64,000 bases of DNA from Planctomycetota bacterium (GCA_965223845.1 CBDCXR010000004.1:5120001-5184000), one strand, 5' to 3'. Numbered from the stretch's first letter, positions 28,449 to 38,973 are shown. Made by a program: numbers and translations. Notes: generated by a model not told the origin, from the letters alone.

Positions 28449-31400
28449 GGCACTCTTCCTCGAAGCCGTCGAGCTTCCGCTCGACGAACGCGAGCGCTTC
28501 CTCGACGAGCGCTGCCGGGACGCCGCGGAGCGGAAGCGCATCGAATCGATGCTCGATCACGACGCATCGGACCGCGGGGACGGGGACGGCGCCGAAGACC
28601 CCCTCGCCTGCGTCGACGACGACATCGGCCCGTACGCCATCCGCGGGCACCTCGGCGAAGGTGGTTTTTGCGTCGTGTACCTCGCTGAGCAGACGACTCC
28701 CATCCGGCGCGAGGTCGCGCTCAAGCTGATCAAGCCCGGCCTCGACACCCGAAGCGTGATCGCGCGATTCGACGCCGAACGCCAAGCGCTTGCGCTGATG
28801 AGCCACCCGAGCATCGCGCGCATCCACGACGCCGGAGTCACCGCTCGCGGTCGCCCGTACTTCGTCATGGAGTACGTTCCCGGCGCTCCGCTCACGGACT
28901 ATTGCGATCGCCATCGACTCTCGATCGCCGAACGACTCGAGCTCTTTGTCCAGGTGTGCGACGCCGTCCAGCACGCTCACCAGAAAGCCATCGTCCACCG
29001 CGATATCAAGCCGACGAACGTCCTCGTGATGGAGCACGAAGGAACGCCGCTTCCGAAAGTGATCGACTTCGGGATCGCGAAATCACTCGAACGAAAACTC
29101 ACGGCGGAAACACTTCACACCTTGTCGGGCGAGTTCGTCGGCACGCCCGAGTACATGAGCCCGGAACAAGCGGGGGGTTCCCCCGAAACCGTCGACACGC
29201 GCACCGACGTCTATTCGCTCGGCGTCCTTCTCTACGAGCTCCTCGCTGGTCGCTTGCCGTTCGAGAGCTCTCTCGTTCGCGATTCGAGTGTTCGAGACAT
29301 CCCGCGCATCATCCGCGAATACGAGCCGCAGAGACCGAGTGTGCGACTCGGGAATCTCGACGACGCCACTCTCAAGGAGATCGCCGCTCTCCGACGACGG
29401 GAGCCGAGCACGCTCGCTCGCGAACTGCGCGGCGATCTCGACTGGATCACTCTCAAAGCGATCGAGAAAGATCCGGCGCGCAGGTATCCGACGCCGTCCG
29501 AGCTCGCGCGCGACCTCGAGCGGCATCTCCATCGAGATCCCGTTTCCGCACGACCGCCGAGCTTCGCCTATCGCGCACAAAAACTCTGGCTGCGAAATCG
29601 CGGACTCCTGACGAGCTTGGCGGCGATCATCGCGACTCTCGTCGTCGGCGTCGTTGTCAGCCTTTCGCTTTACGTCGAAGCGAATCGAACGAACGACGAG
29701 CTCGAAGCGTCGCTCGAACGATCGGAAGGGCTCCGCCTCACGGCCAACTCGACGTCAGCGCTCGAATCCGATCCGGATCTCGCCCTTCTCCTCGCGCTCG
29801 AGGGAGCTCGAAGATACGACGGCCGCGAGTCGAGATCGGCGGCGCTCGCAGCCCTGGCGCGTCTCGTCCCCCACCGAACCCTCGTCGGTCACTCCGCGTG
29901 GGTTCGATCGGGCGATTTCAGTCCCGATGGCGACCGATTCGTCACCGCTGCGCTCGACGGCACCGCGCGCGTCTGGGACGCCGCGAACGGAAAGCTCGAA
30001 AGCGTGATCCGGGTCCACCGCGGAGGACTCGAAGCGGCGCGATTCAGTCCGAACGGCCAAGCGATCGCCATCGCATCCCGCGACGGCACGGTCTCGGTGT
30101 CGACGCCGACCGGAGACCCACGACACCACTTTCGCGGACCGGAGAGTGCCGTCTTTTGGCTCGCATGGATCGACGACGAGCGACTGGTCGCGGCATGGAC
30201 CGATCGCACGGTACGTGCGTGGAACGTCGTGAGCGGCGAAGAGAGCGCCTCGATCTCGACCGCCGGGGAACGGCTCGTCGTCGCCGACTTGAGTCCCGAC
30301 GGTAGCCGGGTCGTCGTCGGAACGGAAGGCGGTCGCGCTGCGCTGTGGGGACTCGACGACTCGGGCGATCGCGTTCGACTCGGGGCGCATGTCACACGCG
30401 TGATCGCCGCCGAATTCGGTCCCGACGGCGAGCGTGTCTACACCGCCGACTATCATCGCGCGTACGCGTGGGACGCGAACACCGGACGACAGCTTCACAC
30501 GTTTGCCGGCGTCCGGCCGAACATCCACGGACTGCGGTGCTCGCCGGATGGCCGTTGGCTCGTCGCGGTGACGGACGATCGCAGCCCCGCGCTTTGGAAT
30601 ACGGAGACGGGAGAGCGCGGCGTCGTCTTCGACGGTCATGCATCGAGCGTCGTCTCGGCGGCGTTCAGCTTGGACGGTCGCCGTCTCGTCACCGGCTCGA
30701 TCGACAATACCGCGCGCGTGTGGGATACGGAACGCGGCGCCCTACTCGAGACCTTGCTCGCTCACCGCCACAAAGTGACCGATGTCGTCTTCAGTTCGGA
30801 CGGGAGTCGCGTCGGAACTGCGTCAGGCGACGGGACGGCCGCCGTCTGGGACATCGACGCGGCGACGCTCGGGCGCCTCGCCCACGAAGACGATGTCCGT
30901 ACGATGGAGTTGTCGCCCGACGGCCGGCTCGCTCTCACCGGGACGAAGGGAAAGGAGGCGATCGTTTGGGATGTTGCGAAGCGAAAGCGCCTCGCCACGC
31001 TCACCGGTCACCGTGGATCCGTCGTAGTCGCCTCGTTCAGCGCCGACGGCCGCTCCGTGCTCACGCAGTCGATCGACCGCACCGCACGCCTCTGGGATGC
31101 GGCGACCGGCGAAGAGAAGCAGCGGTGGTTTCACGACTCGAGTCTCGTCTTTGCGAGTCTCAGTTCCGACGGAGAGAAAGTCTGTACCGCGGAAAAAGCT
31201 TCGTCCGTGGTGAGGATCTTCGATTTGCAGAGCGGTGAGCTCGCTCGCGAGCTCGAACCGGGCGCGAGACTCATCTGGCGCGTCGGGTTCTCGCCGGACG
31301 GAAGTCTCGTTTTCGCGACGACGAATCACGGAGTGTTCTTTTGGGACGTCGATACCGGCGAACAGCGAGTCGTTCTTCGCGGACACGAGGTGCGCGCGTA

Positions 31401-32010
31401 CGTAGCGGACTTTCACTCGGGAAGCGGACGCGTCCTCACGACATCGCACGACACCACGGCGCGGGTCTGGGATTTGTCCAGCGGAGAGGAGATCGTCCGA
31501 CTCGCACACGAGAAGCAACTCGGCGTCGGTGAGTTCAGCCGCGACGGTCGGCGCGTGATCACCGCCGCGAGCGAGCTCGTCGCTCGCGTTTGGGACGTAG
31601 AAACGGGCGCCGTGCTCGTGACGTTCGCGGGACACGAGGCGAGACTGACCTCCGCGGTGTTCAGTCCCGACGAACGTACGGTTCTCACGGCGTCGTTCGA
31701 CGGCACCGCGCGCATCTGGAATGCCGACAGCGGAGTGGAGCTCCTCGTCTACTCCGGACACACGGGTCGTCTTCTCCGCGGTGCGTCCTTCACGCCCGAT
31801 GGGCGCTGGGCCGTGACCGCGTCGATCGACAACACGGTTCACATCTGGCCGGTGGATCCGATCCCGTTCGCAGAGTCGGTGCGGCCGCGCGAGCTGTCGG
31901 CTCGGGAGCGCGCTCGGTTTGGGATTGGGGTTTCCGGTTTGGCTGGGGCGACGGTTTACACGAAGGGCGCGAGGGCAGAAGCGAAGGCAGAGGAAGATGA
32001 GAAAGAGTAG
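28420..32010 (+). CDS. Ser/Thr kinase - TM - about 16 WD40 repeats
   Basis: MDSRRYERAKALFLEA; GEGGFCVVY, VALKLIK, HRDIKPTN, IDFGIAK, GTPEYMSPEQ, LRGDLDWI; TM LAAIIATLVVGVVVSLSLYV; GH...FSPDG...TAS.D.TARVWD repeats. Confidence 0.95.
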   Translation: MDSRRYERAKALFLEAVELPLDERERFLDERCRDAAERKRIESMLDHDASDRGDGDGAEDPLACVDDDIGPYAIRGHLGEGGFCVVYLAEQTTPIRREVALKLIKPGLDTRSVIARFDAERQALALMSHPSIARIHDAGVTARGRPYFVMEYVPGAPLTDYCDRHRLSIAERLELFVQVCDAVQHAHQKAIVHRDIKPTNVLVMEHEGTPLPKVIDFGIAKSLERKLTAETLHTLSGEFVGTPEYMSPEQAGGSPETVDTRTDVYSLGVLLYELLAGRLPFESSLVRDSSVRDIPRIIREYEPQRPSVRLGNLDDATLKEIAALRRREPSTLARELRGDLDWITLKAIEKDPARRYPTPSELARDLERHLHRDPVSARPPSFAYRAQKLWLRNRGLLTSLAAIIATLVVGVVVSLSLYVEANRTNDELEASLERSEGLRLTANSTSALESDPDLALLLALEGARRYDGRESRSAALAALARLVPHRTLVGHSAWVRSGDFSPDGDRFVTAALDGTARVWDAANGKLESVIRVHRGGLEAARFSPNGQAIAIASRDGTVSVSTPTGDPRHHFRGPESAVFWLAWIDDERLVAAWTDRTVRAWNVVSGEESASISTAGERLVVADLSPDGSRVVVGTEGGRAALWGLDDSGDRVRLGAHVTRVIAAEFGPDGERVYTADYHRAYAWDANTGRQLHTFAGVRPNIHGLRCSPDGRWLVAVTDDRSPALWNTETGERGVVFDGHASSVVSAAFSLDGRRLVTGSIDNTARVWDTERGALLETLLAHRHKVTDVVFSSDGSRVGTASGDGTAAVWDIDAATLGRLAHEDDVRTMELSPDGRLALTGTKGKEAIVWDVAKRKRLATLTGHRGSVVVASFSADGRSVLTQSIDRTARLWDAATGEEKQRWFHDSSLVFASLSSDGEKVCTAEKASSVVRIFDLQSGELARELEPGARLIWRVGFSPDGSLVFATTNHGVFFWDVDTGEQRVVLRGHEVRAYVADFHSGSGRVLTTSHDTTARVWDLSSGEEIVRLAHEKQLGVGEFSRDGRRVITAASELVARVWDVETGAVLVTFAGHEARLTSAVFSPDERTVLTASFDGTARIWNADSGVELLVYSGHTGRLLRGASFTPDGRWAVTASIDNTVHIWPVDPIPFAESVRPRELSARERARFGIGVSGLAGATVYTKGARAEAKAEEDEKE

Positions 32011-32120
32011 GAGTAGGAGAGGGAGAAGAGGGGTGTGTGATCCACGATTGGATCGGCTGTTTTGACCGGTGAGATCTCTAGGTGGTCGTTCTCCGCCTTG
32101 GCCGACGTGGGGTGTCAGCG

Positions 32121-32391
32121 TTGAAGGCTCCGTTGTTTGCGATCCTGTGGTTCGCGGCTTTCGTCGTCACGCGCCGAGGAAAAGAAGACGAAGCTCGAGA
32201 TCGAGATCTCTGACGAGGTTTCGCGCGAGGCCCTCGCCGCCCGCTACGGACCGAACTTTTCCATGCTCGGCCACTCGCCAAACGAGCTTGCGGTCCTCGG
32301 TAGCTTCATTCGCTGGTTCACCGATACGCCGTCGCCGGAGGAAGCCAAAGCGTTCTGGTCGGAATGGCGCGCGCGGAATTCCGACTATCCG
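32121..32391 (+). pseudogene. Probable frameshifted remnant of a small secreted protein
   Basis: TTG-KAPLFAILWFAAFVV signal-like frame stops early; a +1 frame continues AEEKKTKLEIEISDEVSREALAARYG...AKAFWSEWRARN and runs into the convergent gene. Confidence 0.4.
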
Positions 32392-35300
32392 TCACTCGCA
32401 CCGCACCGGACAGCCCTCGATCGCCACGCAGCTCGTGAGCGAACCGAGCCGCGGCTCGGAACCGTCCGAGAAGAGGTGAAGAAGACCCGCGATCGCGTCG
32501 GCGATGTTGATCCCGCCGTCGCCATTCCAGTCCATGAGCGTTCCGTTTGGCGCATCAGCTGCTTCGCCGTCTCCACACGGGAGAACGTCGGGCGCGCCCC
32601 CGAAGAGGAAACCGAGAAGACAGATCGGGTCGGCGATGTTGACTGTGCCGTCGGCGTTGCAGTCGAAGGGGCGCATGGCGCCGCTCCCCGGCGGCTGCGT
32701 CGAGCAAGTCGCGATTCCCGAGGCGGACTTCGCTTCGCCGACGAATGCGCGCAGCTCGTAGTCGCCCGGCGCGGCGGACGGTGAAACGCGATCTTGGTAG
32801 AGCGTCGCCTGACCGTCGAGGATCTCGACGAGGTGACCGTTTCGCGAGAGATGAATCGCGTCGTACGCTTCACCGTTTTGCCACGTGAGTGTGACGATCC
32901 GCTGGCCGTCTTTCTGAGTTTCTTCACACGCGACGTCCCGAGGGGGCTGAACGCCGAGCGGGAGCGAAAGCGTGGCGTCGTCGACGCCCTTCGCACGTTT
33001 CTTCCACTTGCGGGCCGTCCCTCCCAACGTGAGCTCGAGCTGCGAGGAGGAGTGAACTGCGTAGGAGCCGATCGCTCGCGCAACGTGCGCGCCGGGCGAG
33101 AACACGGGTGGCGTCATGTTGACCGCGTCGACCCAAACGTTGTGCGGAGAATCGCTGGCCGGAATCATGCTGACGTTCATCTCGAGCGGATCCTCGACCG
33201 GCGCCAAGCCCGCGTTCCGGAGATCGACCATCACCGTCGCCTGTTCACCGGGAGAAGCGTGGCGATCGGAGACGGCGAAACGGTCGACGACGATCTCGGG
33301 CTCGAGCGAAACGAAGTACGATCGAACGCCGCGGTCCACCGCGCCTTCGGGTGCCGCTCGATCGAGCTTCGTGCTGTTCACGACGCACAGATCACCTTCA
33401 CGTCCCGTCGCGATCGCCGGCTCCCAGTCGCGCTCGCCGTCGCGCGCCAGATCCTTGACGTACCACGCGGCGTCGACTCCCTCGCTCGGGTAGAACGTCG
33501 CGACGAGAGCGTCGCCGTCGAGAGTGAGCGGCCCGCTCGTTCCGACCGGCGCGGCGACGCTCCCGGGAATCGTGTCGCCGGGTGGATCGCCCGGGTTGAA
33601 CGTCCGGGCGACGAGTCCGAACGACTCGTCGACCTCGTCCCAAACGATCACCGGAAACACCGCGAGCACCTGTGCTCCGGTTCCGGGCGGGCACGTACCG
33701 CGCTGAAGTGGGTACGCGTTTCCGAACAATCCGTTCGAAAGCTGCGCCGTGTAGACGATCTTCAGGTTGCCGACGCCGTTCGCGAGTGACGGGCCTTCGT
33801 TCGTGTTCACAAGAGGCTGATCGGCGGTGAACGCGAGCATCCCGTCGTCGTCCGACGAGAGCGCGATGGTCGGCATCTCGAGACCGGTCAGGCCGAAATC
33901 GAGCGTTTCGACCGGGGTCCATGCATCGCCGGTCCGGAACGAATACGCGATCACGCGGTCGGCGCTGGTCCCCATGAAGCCGTCGCCGTCCTGGACCCAC
34001 ACCACGCACACGGTGTTTCCGCTCGGCGACACGGCGATCGCGGGTTCGTAGTCGGCGACCGGTTCGCCGGCGACTGGCGCAGAGAGCTGCTCGATCGGCC
34101 CCGGCGGGCCGCCGATGGCGATGCGTCGCGCGACGACCTCGAGCTTGTCGCGAAGGATGAGCCCGTTCTCGGCGAAGAGGTCGCCGTCCATCGAGCGAGT
34201 CCACGTGCACCACGCTTCCCCGGCGCCCGGTGCCGCCGCCACCTTCGGCCTCCCGTCGGGAATCTGATCCGCGGTGAGCATCTCGGCGTCCGCCCAGCCG
34301 GAACCCTCCGTCCAAACGGAGAAGAAGATCTCTTCGTTCCGAAAGATCTCCGCCGTCGCTTCGGTGTCGCTCAAGACCTGCGTGAGGGAGACGACGTCCG
34401 CAATCGGGAGAGTGTTTTCGGTCCACACGGCGACCGCCTGCGTATCGCTCACGAACGCGAGCGACGAATCGCGCCGGAGCCGGTCGGTCGGCGGAAACAC
34501 GGGAGCGGGGACGCTCCAGCCTCCGCCGGTGTCTTCGGCGAAGTAGAGCTCGGGATCGTAGACACCGGGATCCGTGTCGACGTCCTTCATGAAGATCATG
34601 AGCGTACGATTCCCCGACGGGCTCGTCGCGACCGACGGGAACATCTGCTGCGGAACAGTGGGGTCGACTCCGATGCCGCCCGCACCGCCGCAGCCCGAAC
34701 CCCACTCGTTGTCGTAGACGTTGAAGGTGTGGTCGACGCAGAAGACCCCCCAGAGCGCGCAGGCATGGACTTCCGCGTCGATGTCGAGTCCGAGACAGAA
34801 CCCGACGCTCGTATCGAAGTCGCTCCCGTCCCAGTCCATCGTGATCGGCAGTGCGAATCCGACGGAAGGGTTGATCGTCGCGCCGACCGATCCGATGCCG
34901 TTCGCTACGACGAGATCGATCCCACCGGTGACGCCGAGACTGAGCTCGGGCTCGAACACGTATTCGAACTGAAAGTGCGGCTGGTTCCGGCTGAGCCGCA
35001 CCATGAGGTCGTTGTAGATCGCCGCGCCGAGCTGGATACCGAGGTATCCCCAGAGCTCGAGATCGACGCCGATGATCTTTCCGCTGACGAGTGGGCCGTA
35101 GAAAATCGTCCAGTCGAAATCTTTGTCGAGGAGCTGAATGTCGTCGACCTCGTAGACGATGTCGAAGTCGGGACACTCGAAAAAGACCTGACCCGGGATT
35201 TCGCTGTTCGGGCTCACCGACCACTGCTTGTCGAGCACGGTGAAATTGAAGAGCTCGAGCGCGAGGACCGCCTTTACCTCGTCCGCGAACCACTTCTCGT

Positions 35301-38300
35301 CCTCGAGGCGCATGCGCGCGGTCGCCCTCGCCTCGGCGTGGTTCTCGAGAACGAGATCGGGACCGGGAAGCGGAATCTCGAAGTCGTGCTCCCAAAGGAG
35401 CTGGCCGGGGAAGCTGCCTTCGACGATGTAGCGGTGAGATCCCGACTGATACGAGATGTCGGTCGAGATCAGCGGAAGATCGAGATAAGCGGGCTTCGGG
35501 CAGAATCCCATCGGCCAGACGTCACTCGCTTCCTTGTCGTCCGAGTCTTCGACGTGGACGCGGATGCGCGCCTCCGTGACGTTCGGGACGTCGCTCATAT
35601 TGAGCGTCGCCTTCCACCAAGAGAGCGCGGGGCTGCCGTCGAACATCGCCGCGGTCTCCGAGAGGTAGATCTGCGCATCGTTCGACACGTGAATGATCTC
35701 GAACCGCACCTCCGTGATCTCTCCGAAGTTCGACGGCGCAACCTGGGTGTAGAACGTCACCTCGACATCCGGGGCGATGTCCGGGATGTAGCGCTTCTCG
35801 TCCGGCGGCGGGTGGATCCCGAAAATCCGGGGAGGAACGATCGCGATGAGCTCATCGGTCGCGGGCGGCGGCGCGCCCGTTCCGAAGGCCTCGAATTCCG
35901 TCGCGCTCCCGCAGGCGTTGTCCTTCACGACGACCTTCGCCTGCGCGATCTTCCCCTTCTCGAACGAGTGCGTAATGGTCGAGCCGGCGGAGATCGCCGT
36001 TCCGTCGCCGAAGTCCCAGAAATACTCTGTGATGAAACCGTCGGGATCCTCCGCGTCTACGGCGAGCGTGAGCGTGACCTTGTCGCCGGCGTTTCCTCCT
36101 CCCGCCCCCTTCCGGCCGCCGACTCCGAATTGCAGATCGCCGAGGAGGAGATCCTCGACGCCGGGCGCGAGCGTGACGCGCCGAATATCGTGGATGACCG
36201 GAGGGATGTTCCCCGAAAGAGGGAGCACCTCGATGAGCGGATACGGCGGACAAGGATAGGGCGGCGCCACCTGCTGAACCGCGGCGTCCTTCGTGAGCCC
36301 GTAGACGTCGAGGTTTTCGTTCCCACCGTCGACGTAAAACCCGAGGACGTACTCGCCCTCGGGAAGAGGCACGGGGAAGATCGCTTCGGTCCAACGGCTG
36401 TACATCGAGACCGGGAGGTTGTTCACGTCGATGTTGTCGATGAGGACATCGTACGGCGGCTGGATCTCGCGGAGCCGCGCTTTGAGGTCGCCGCCGGTCC
36501 GGTAGCGGCTGCCGTGAACGCGGACTCGCACGCCGTTCGACGCGTCTTCGTCGAGCGAAAAATACGCGCGCCACTCGACCGTGTCGCCGCCCGGAAGCGG
36601 GAGGAGCTCGTCACTCGCGAACCCGGTGCCGCCCGTCGGTACGGGTGACGGACAATCGGTGAAGCCTCCGATTGCGCAGGTGACGGACGGATTCGCGGCG
36701 CCGAGCCTGCCTTGGAAGATCTCGACCGTGAAGAAGTGGTCGGTCGTCCCGTCCGCGATACGCCCCCACTCCTCTGCCGATAGACCGAGCTCCGTCGCGT
36801 CTCCGGGAAGCTCCGCCATCAACTCGCCGTCGCAGTAAACGCGAACACCCTCTGCCTCGATGACGTGCGACCAAGAAATGACGGCTCCGATCTTGTCGCC
36901 GAGGAACTCGCAGTTCAGATCCTGCACCGGCGGAAGACTCGGCGTGACGTAGGTCACGGCTTGCGCGCGGGTCGTCGTCGCGCCGCGATCGCGCGTTCCG
37001 ACGCGGAGGTCGTAGGTCCCCGGCTCTCTCGGCGGGAGCGTGACCGAAGCTCGATCGACGCCGTCGAACCGCATCGCGTACTCGCCAGGGAAGTCGTACA
37101 CTTCGTACGCCACCTCGGGGTCGATGGACTCCTTGAACACGAGAACGACATCGCCGCCCGAAGTCGGCAGCTCGGACGGAATCACGCCGACGATCTCGAG
37201 CTCGAGGTCGCGGTAGAGGACTCCCTGCTCCCAGGTGTCGAGCGTAGCGGTGAATCCGCGCTCGAGCGTCACTGGAGTCCAGCCCGCAGCCGCCGCCGGA
37301 GGGACCTTTCCCACGATTCGTGTCGGCCCGACCGGCTCGGCATCGACGAGCGGTACGCCTCCGATCTCGACGGTCAGGTCCTCGGTAAAATTGCGGCCGT
37401 CGATGGCGATGAACGTACCGCCGGACGTCCAGTGCTCCTGGGGATGGATCCGCGTGATCTCAGGTTCGGCCGATCGGTCGACGTAGCGGACGCCATCGGC
37501 TAGCGTCGCGACGACCTCGTCGCCATCTCGAACCTCGACGACGTAGTCGCCCGGCGGGAGAGCGGGCGCGGTTCCCGTGGCGCGCTGCTCGCTTTCGAGG
37601 TCCTGCGCGGTGAGGAGTCGACCCTCGAAGTAGAACGTGTGCTGTCGTTCGAAACCTTCACCGATGATCGTCACGATCTCTCCGCCGCGCGAGTCGAGCT
37701 CTTCGGGTTCTACGCGCCGTATCGCGACGACGGGTGGTGGCGCCACGTACTCGACGAGGTCCGGAGCGAACGCGAGTCGCGTGTTGAGATCGCTGAAAAT
37801 CGTCACTCCGGGAAGCCCGGGTTCGTCTCCCGCCGGCGCCGTGCCCTCGATCGTCATCGCGTCGACGATCTCGAGATCGAGCAGCCGCTTCGCCCCAATC
37901 GTCACGTATTGACCCGCGGCGAAACCCGTCCCCCGAATGGTGACCGTCGTGCCTCCGGCGAGGTCGAGCTCGCGCGGCTCGATGCTGCGTATCGTCACCG
38001 GGTCGGGGGGAGTGACGTAGGTCACCGCATCGGCGATGCGGTCGAGACGCTGATCCGAGGCGCTGAAGAGCGTCAAGTCGTAGCTCCCGGGATCGTTTGC
38101 CGGCGCCGTGCCCGTGATCGTCGTCGCGTCGACGATCACGGGGTTTACGAGACGCTTCGTCCCGATCGTGACGTAGACGCCGCGTTCGAACCTCGCGCCG
38201 GTGATCGTCACCGCCGCGCCGCCGGACGGATCGAGCTCGCTCGGATCGATCCCCTCTAGGTTCTGGGCAGAGACCGCTTCACCAGCGAGCGATGCGGCGA

Positions 38301-38328
38301 TCACCGCAAGACAGAGGAAGACTTTCAT
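32392..38328 (-). CDS. Giant secreted protein: 5x IPT/TIG - FN3-like - PKD - beta-rich region - beta-propeller-like - CARDB-like - dockerin-like
   Basis: Start MKVFLCLAVIAASLAGEAVSA after AAAGGG; IxPxExxxxGGxxVTIxGxxF repeats; DPDGFITEYFWDFGDG; PGEQATVMVDLRNAG; DCNADGTVNIAD...DWNGDGGINIAD. Confidence 0.9.
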   Translation of the reverse strand: MKVFLCLAVIAASLAGEAVSAQNLEGIDPSELDPSGGAAVTITGARFERGVYVTIGTKRLVNPVIVDATTITGTAPANDPGSYDLTLFSASDQRLDRIADAVTYVTPPDPVTIRSIEPRELDLAGGTTVTIRGTGFAAGQYVTIGAKRLLDLEIVDAMTIEGTAPAGDEPGLPGVTIFSDLNTRLAFAPDLVEYVAPPPVVAIRRVEPEELDSRGGEIVTIIGEGFERQHTFYFEGRLLTAQDLESEQRATGTAPALPPGDYVVEVRDGDEVVATLADGVRYVDRSAEPEITRIHPQEHWTSGGTFIAIDGRNFTEDLTVEIGGVPLVDAEPVGPTRIVGKVPPAAAAGWTPVTLERGFTATLDTWEQGVLYRDLELEIVGVIPSELPTSGGDVVLVFKESIDPEVAYEVYDFPGEYAMRFDGVDRASVTLPPREPGTYDLRVGTRDRGATTTRAQAVTYVTPSLPPVQDLNCEFLGDKIGAVISWSHVIEAEGVRVYCDGELMAELPGDATELGLSAEEWGRIADGTTDHFFTVEIFQGRLGAANPSVTCAIGGFTDCPSPVPTGGTGFASDELLPLPGGDTVEWRAYFSLDEDASNGVRVRVHGSRYRTGGDLKARLREIQPPYDVLIDNIDVNNLPVSMYSRWTEAIFPVPLPEGEYVLGFYVDGGNENLDVYGLTKDAAVQQVAPPYPCPPYPLIEVLPLSGNIPPVIHDIRRVTLAPGVEDLLLGDLQFGVGGRKGAGGGNAGDKVTLTLAVDAEDPDGFITEYFWDFGDGTAISAGSTITHSFEKGKIAQAKVVVKDNACGSATEFEAFGTGAPPPATDELIAIVPPRIFGIHPPPDEKRYIPDIAPDVEVTFYTQVAPSNFGEITEVRFEIIHVSNDAQIYLSETAAMFDGSPALSWWKATLNMSDVPNVTEARIRVHVEDSDDKEASDVWPMGFCPKPAYLDLPLISTDISYQSGSHRYIVEGSFPGQLLWEHDFEIPLPGPDLVLENHAEARATARMRLEDEKWFADEVKAVLALELFNFTVLDKQWSVSPNSEIPGQVFFECPDFDIVYEVDDIQLLDKDFDWTIFYGPLVSGKIIGVDLELWGYLGIQLGAAIYNDLMVRLSRNQPHFQFEYVFEPELSLGVTGGIDLVVANGIGSVGATINPSVGFALPITMDWDGSDFDTSVGFCLGLDIDAEVHACALWGVFCVDHTFNVYDNEWGSGCGGAGGIGVDPTVPQQMFPSVATSPSGNRTLMIFMKDVDTDPGVYDPELYFAEDTGGGWSVPAPVFPPTDRLRRDSSLAFVSDTQAVAVWTENTLPIADVVSLTQVLSDTEATAEIFRNEEIFFSVWTEGSGWADAEMLTADQIPDGRPKVAAAPGAGEAWCTWTRSMDGDLFAENGLILRDKLEVVARRIAIGGPPGPIEQLSAPVAGEPVADYEPAIAVSPSGNTVCVVWVQDGDGFMGTSADRVIAYSFRTGDAWTPVETLDFGLTGLEMPTIALSSDDDGMLAFTADQPLVNTNEGPSLANGVGNLKIVYTAQLSNGLFGNAYPLQRGTCPPGTGAQVLAVFPVIVWDEVDESFGLVARTFNPGDPPGDTIPGSVAAPVGTSGPLTLDGDALVATFYPSEGVDAAWYVKDLARDGERDWEPAIATGREGDLCVVNSTKLDRAAPEGAVDRGVRSYFVSLEPEIVVDRFAVSDRHASPGEQATVMVDLRNAGLAPVEDPLEMNVSMIPASDSPHNVWVDAVNMTPPVFSPGAHVARAIGSYAVHSSSQLELTLGGTARKWKKRAKGVDDATLSLPLGVQPPRDVACEETQKDGQRIVTLTWQNGEAYDAIHLSRNGHLVEILDGQATLYQDRVSPSAAPGDYELRAFVGEAKSASGIATCSTQPPGSGAMRPFDCNADGTVNIADPICLLGFLFGGAPDVLPCGDGEAADAPNGTLMDWNGDGGINIADAIAGLLHLFSDGSEPRLGSLTSCVAIEGCPVRCE

Positions 38329-38514
38329 GGCACCCTTTCGACTCACTCGATGCTCCGGGAAAAGTACGGCGCCCGAAAGATACGGGGAGCTCGATACGCG
38401 AGCGGCTCACCGAAAACAGACTCGGCATCGGGAAACGCGGAAACCGCGCGCAAAAGCGGAAAAAAATTCCGCGATGGTGCGCCCTCGTCCCGAACGGCCC
38501 CCGAACCGCCGGCG

Positions 38515-38973
38515 CTAGTCTCTCGGTGCCCCGACGTTCTTCGGTGAGGGGCTCACGATGATCGGCACCTTGCCGTGCTCCTCGAGGAGACGGACGAGCG
38601 GGCCGACGCTGAGCCCGGGCGTGGCGGCGATCTCGATCTCGAGAAACTCGCCGAGCTCCTCTTCGGCCGCGATGATTGCGGCGACGGCCTCGGGATCGAG
38701 AGAACCGTCGACCTCGACCGTCACCGATCGGCCGCCGAACGAGAGCTCGGCCGAATCGCCGCTCCTGACGAGTGCACCGAGCACTCGCCCCTCCCGTCGC
38801 CCGGCCGGCGCGGGGTCGCGAGGATGGACGGATGCGGGCTCGGCTGCATCCGCGGCGCCGAGGTGGTCCGAGCTCTGGTCGGAGAATCCGCTGCGCTCGG
38901 CCCCGTCGTCGCCGTCGGCGCAGCCGAAGAGACTGAAAGCTAAGATCGTGAGTCCCGGGAGCGCGCGCATCAT
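38515..38973 (-). CDS. Putative lipoprotein
   Basis: MMRALPGLTILAFSLFGC lipobox, low-complexity linker, small alpha/beta domain. Confidence 0.7.
   Translation of the reverse strand: MMRALPGLTILAFSLFGCADGDDGAERSGFSDQSSDHLGAADAAEPASVHPRDPAPAGRREGRVLGALVRSGDSAELSFGGRSVTVEVDGSLDPEAVAAIIAAEEELGEFLEIEIAATPGLSVGPLVRLLEEHGKVPIIVSPSPKNVGAPRD

Noticed and set aside
34729-36648. Long antisense ORFs (also 17722-19233, 25939-27264, 52594-54042, 59692-61188, 61376-62845)
   Set aside because: Shadow frames of well-supported genes in high-GC DNA; Arg-rich and without motifs.
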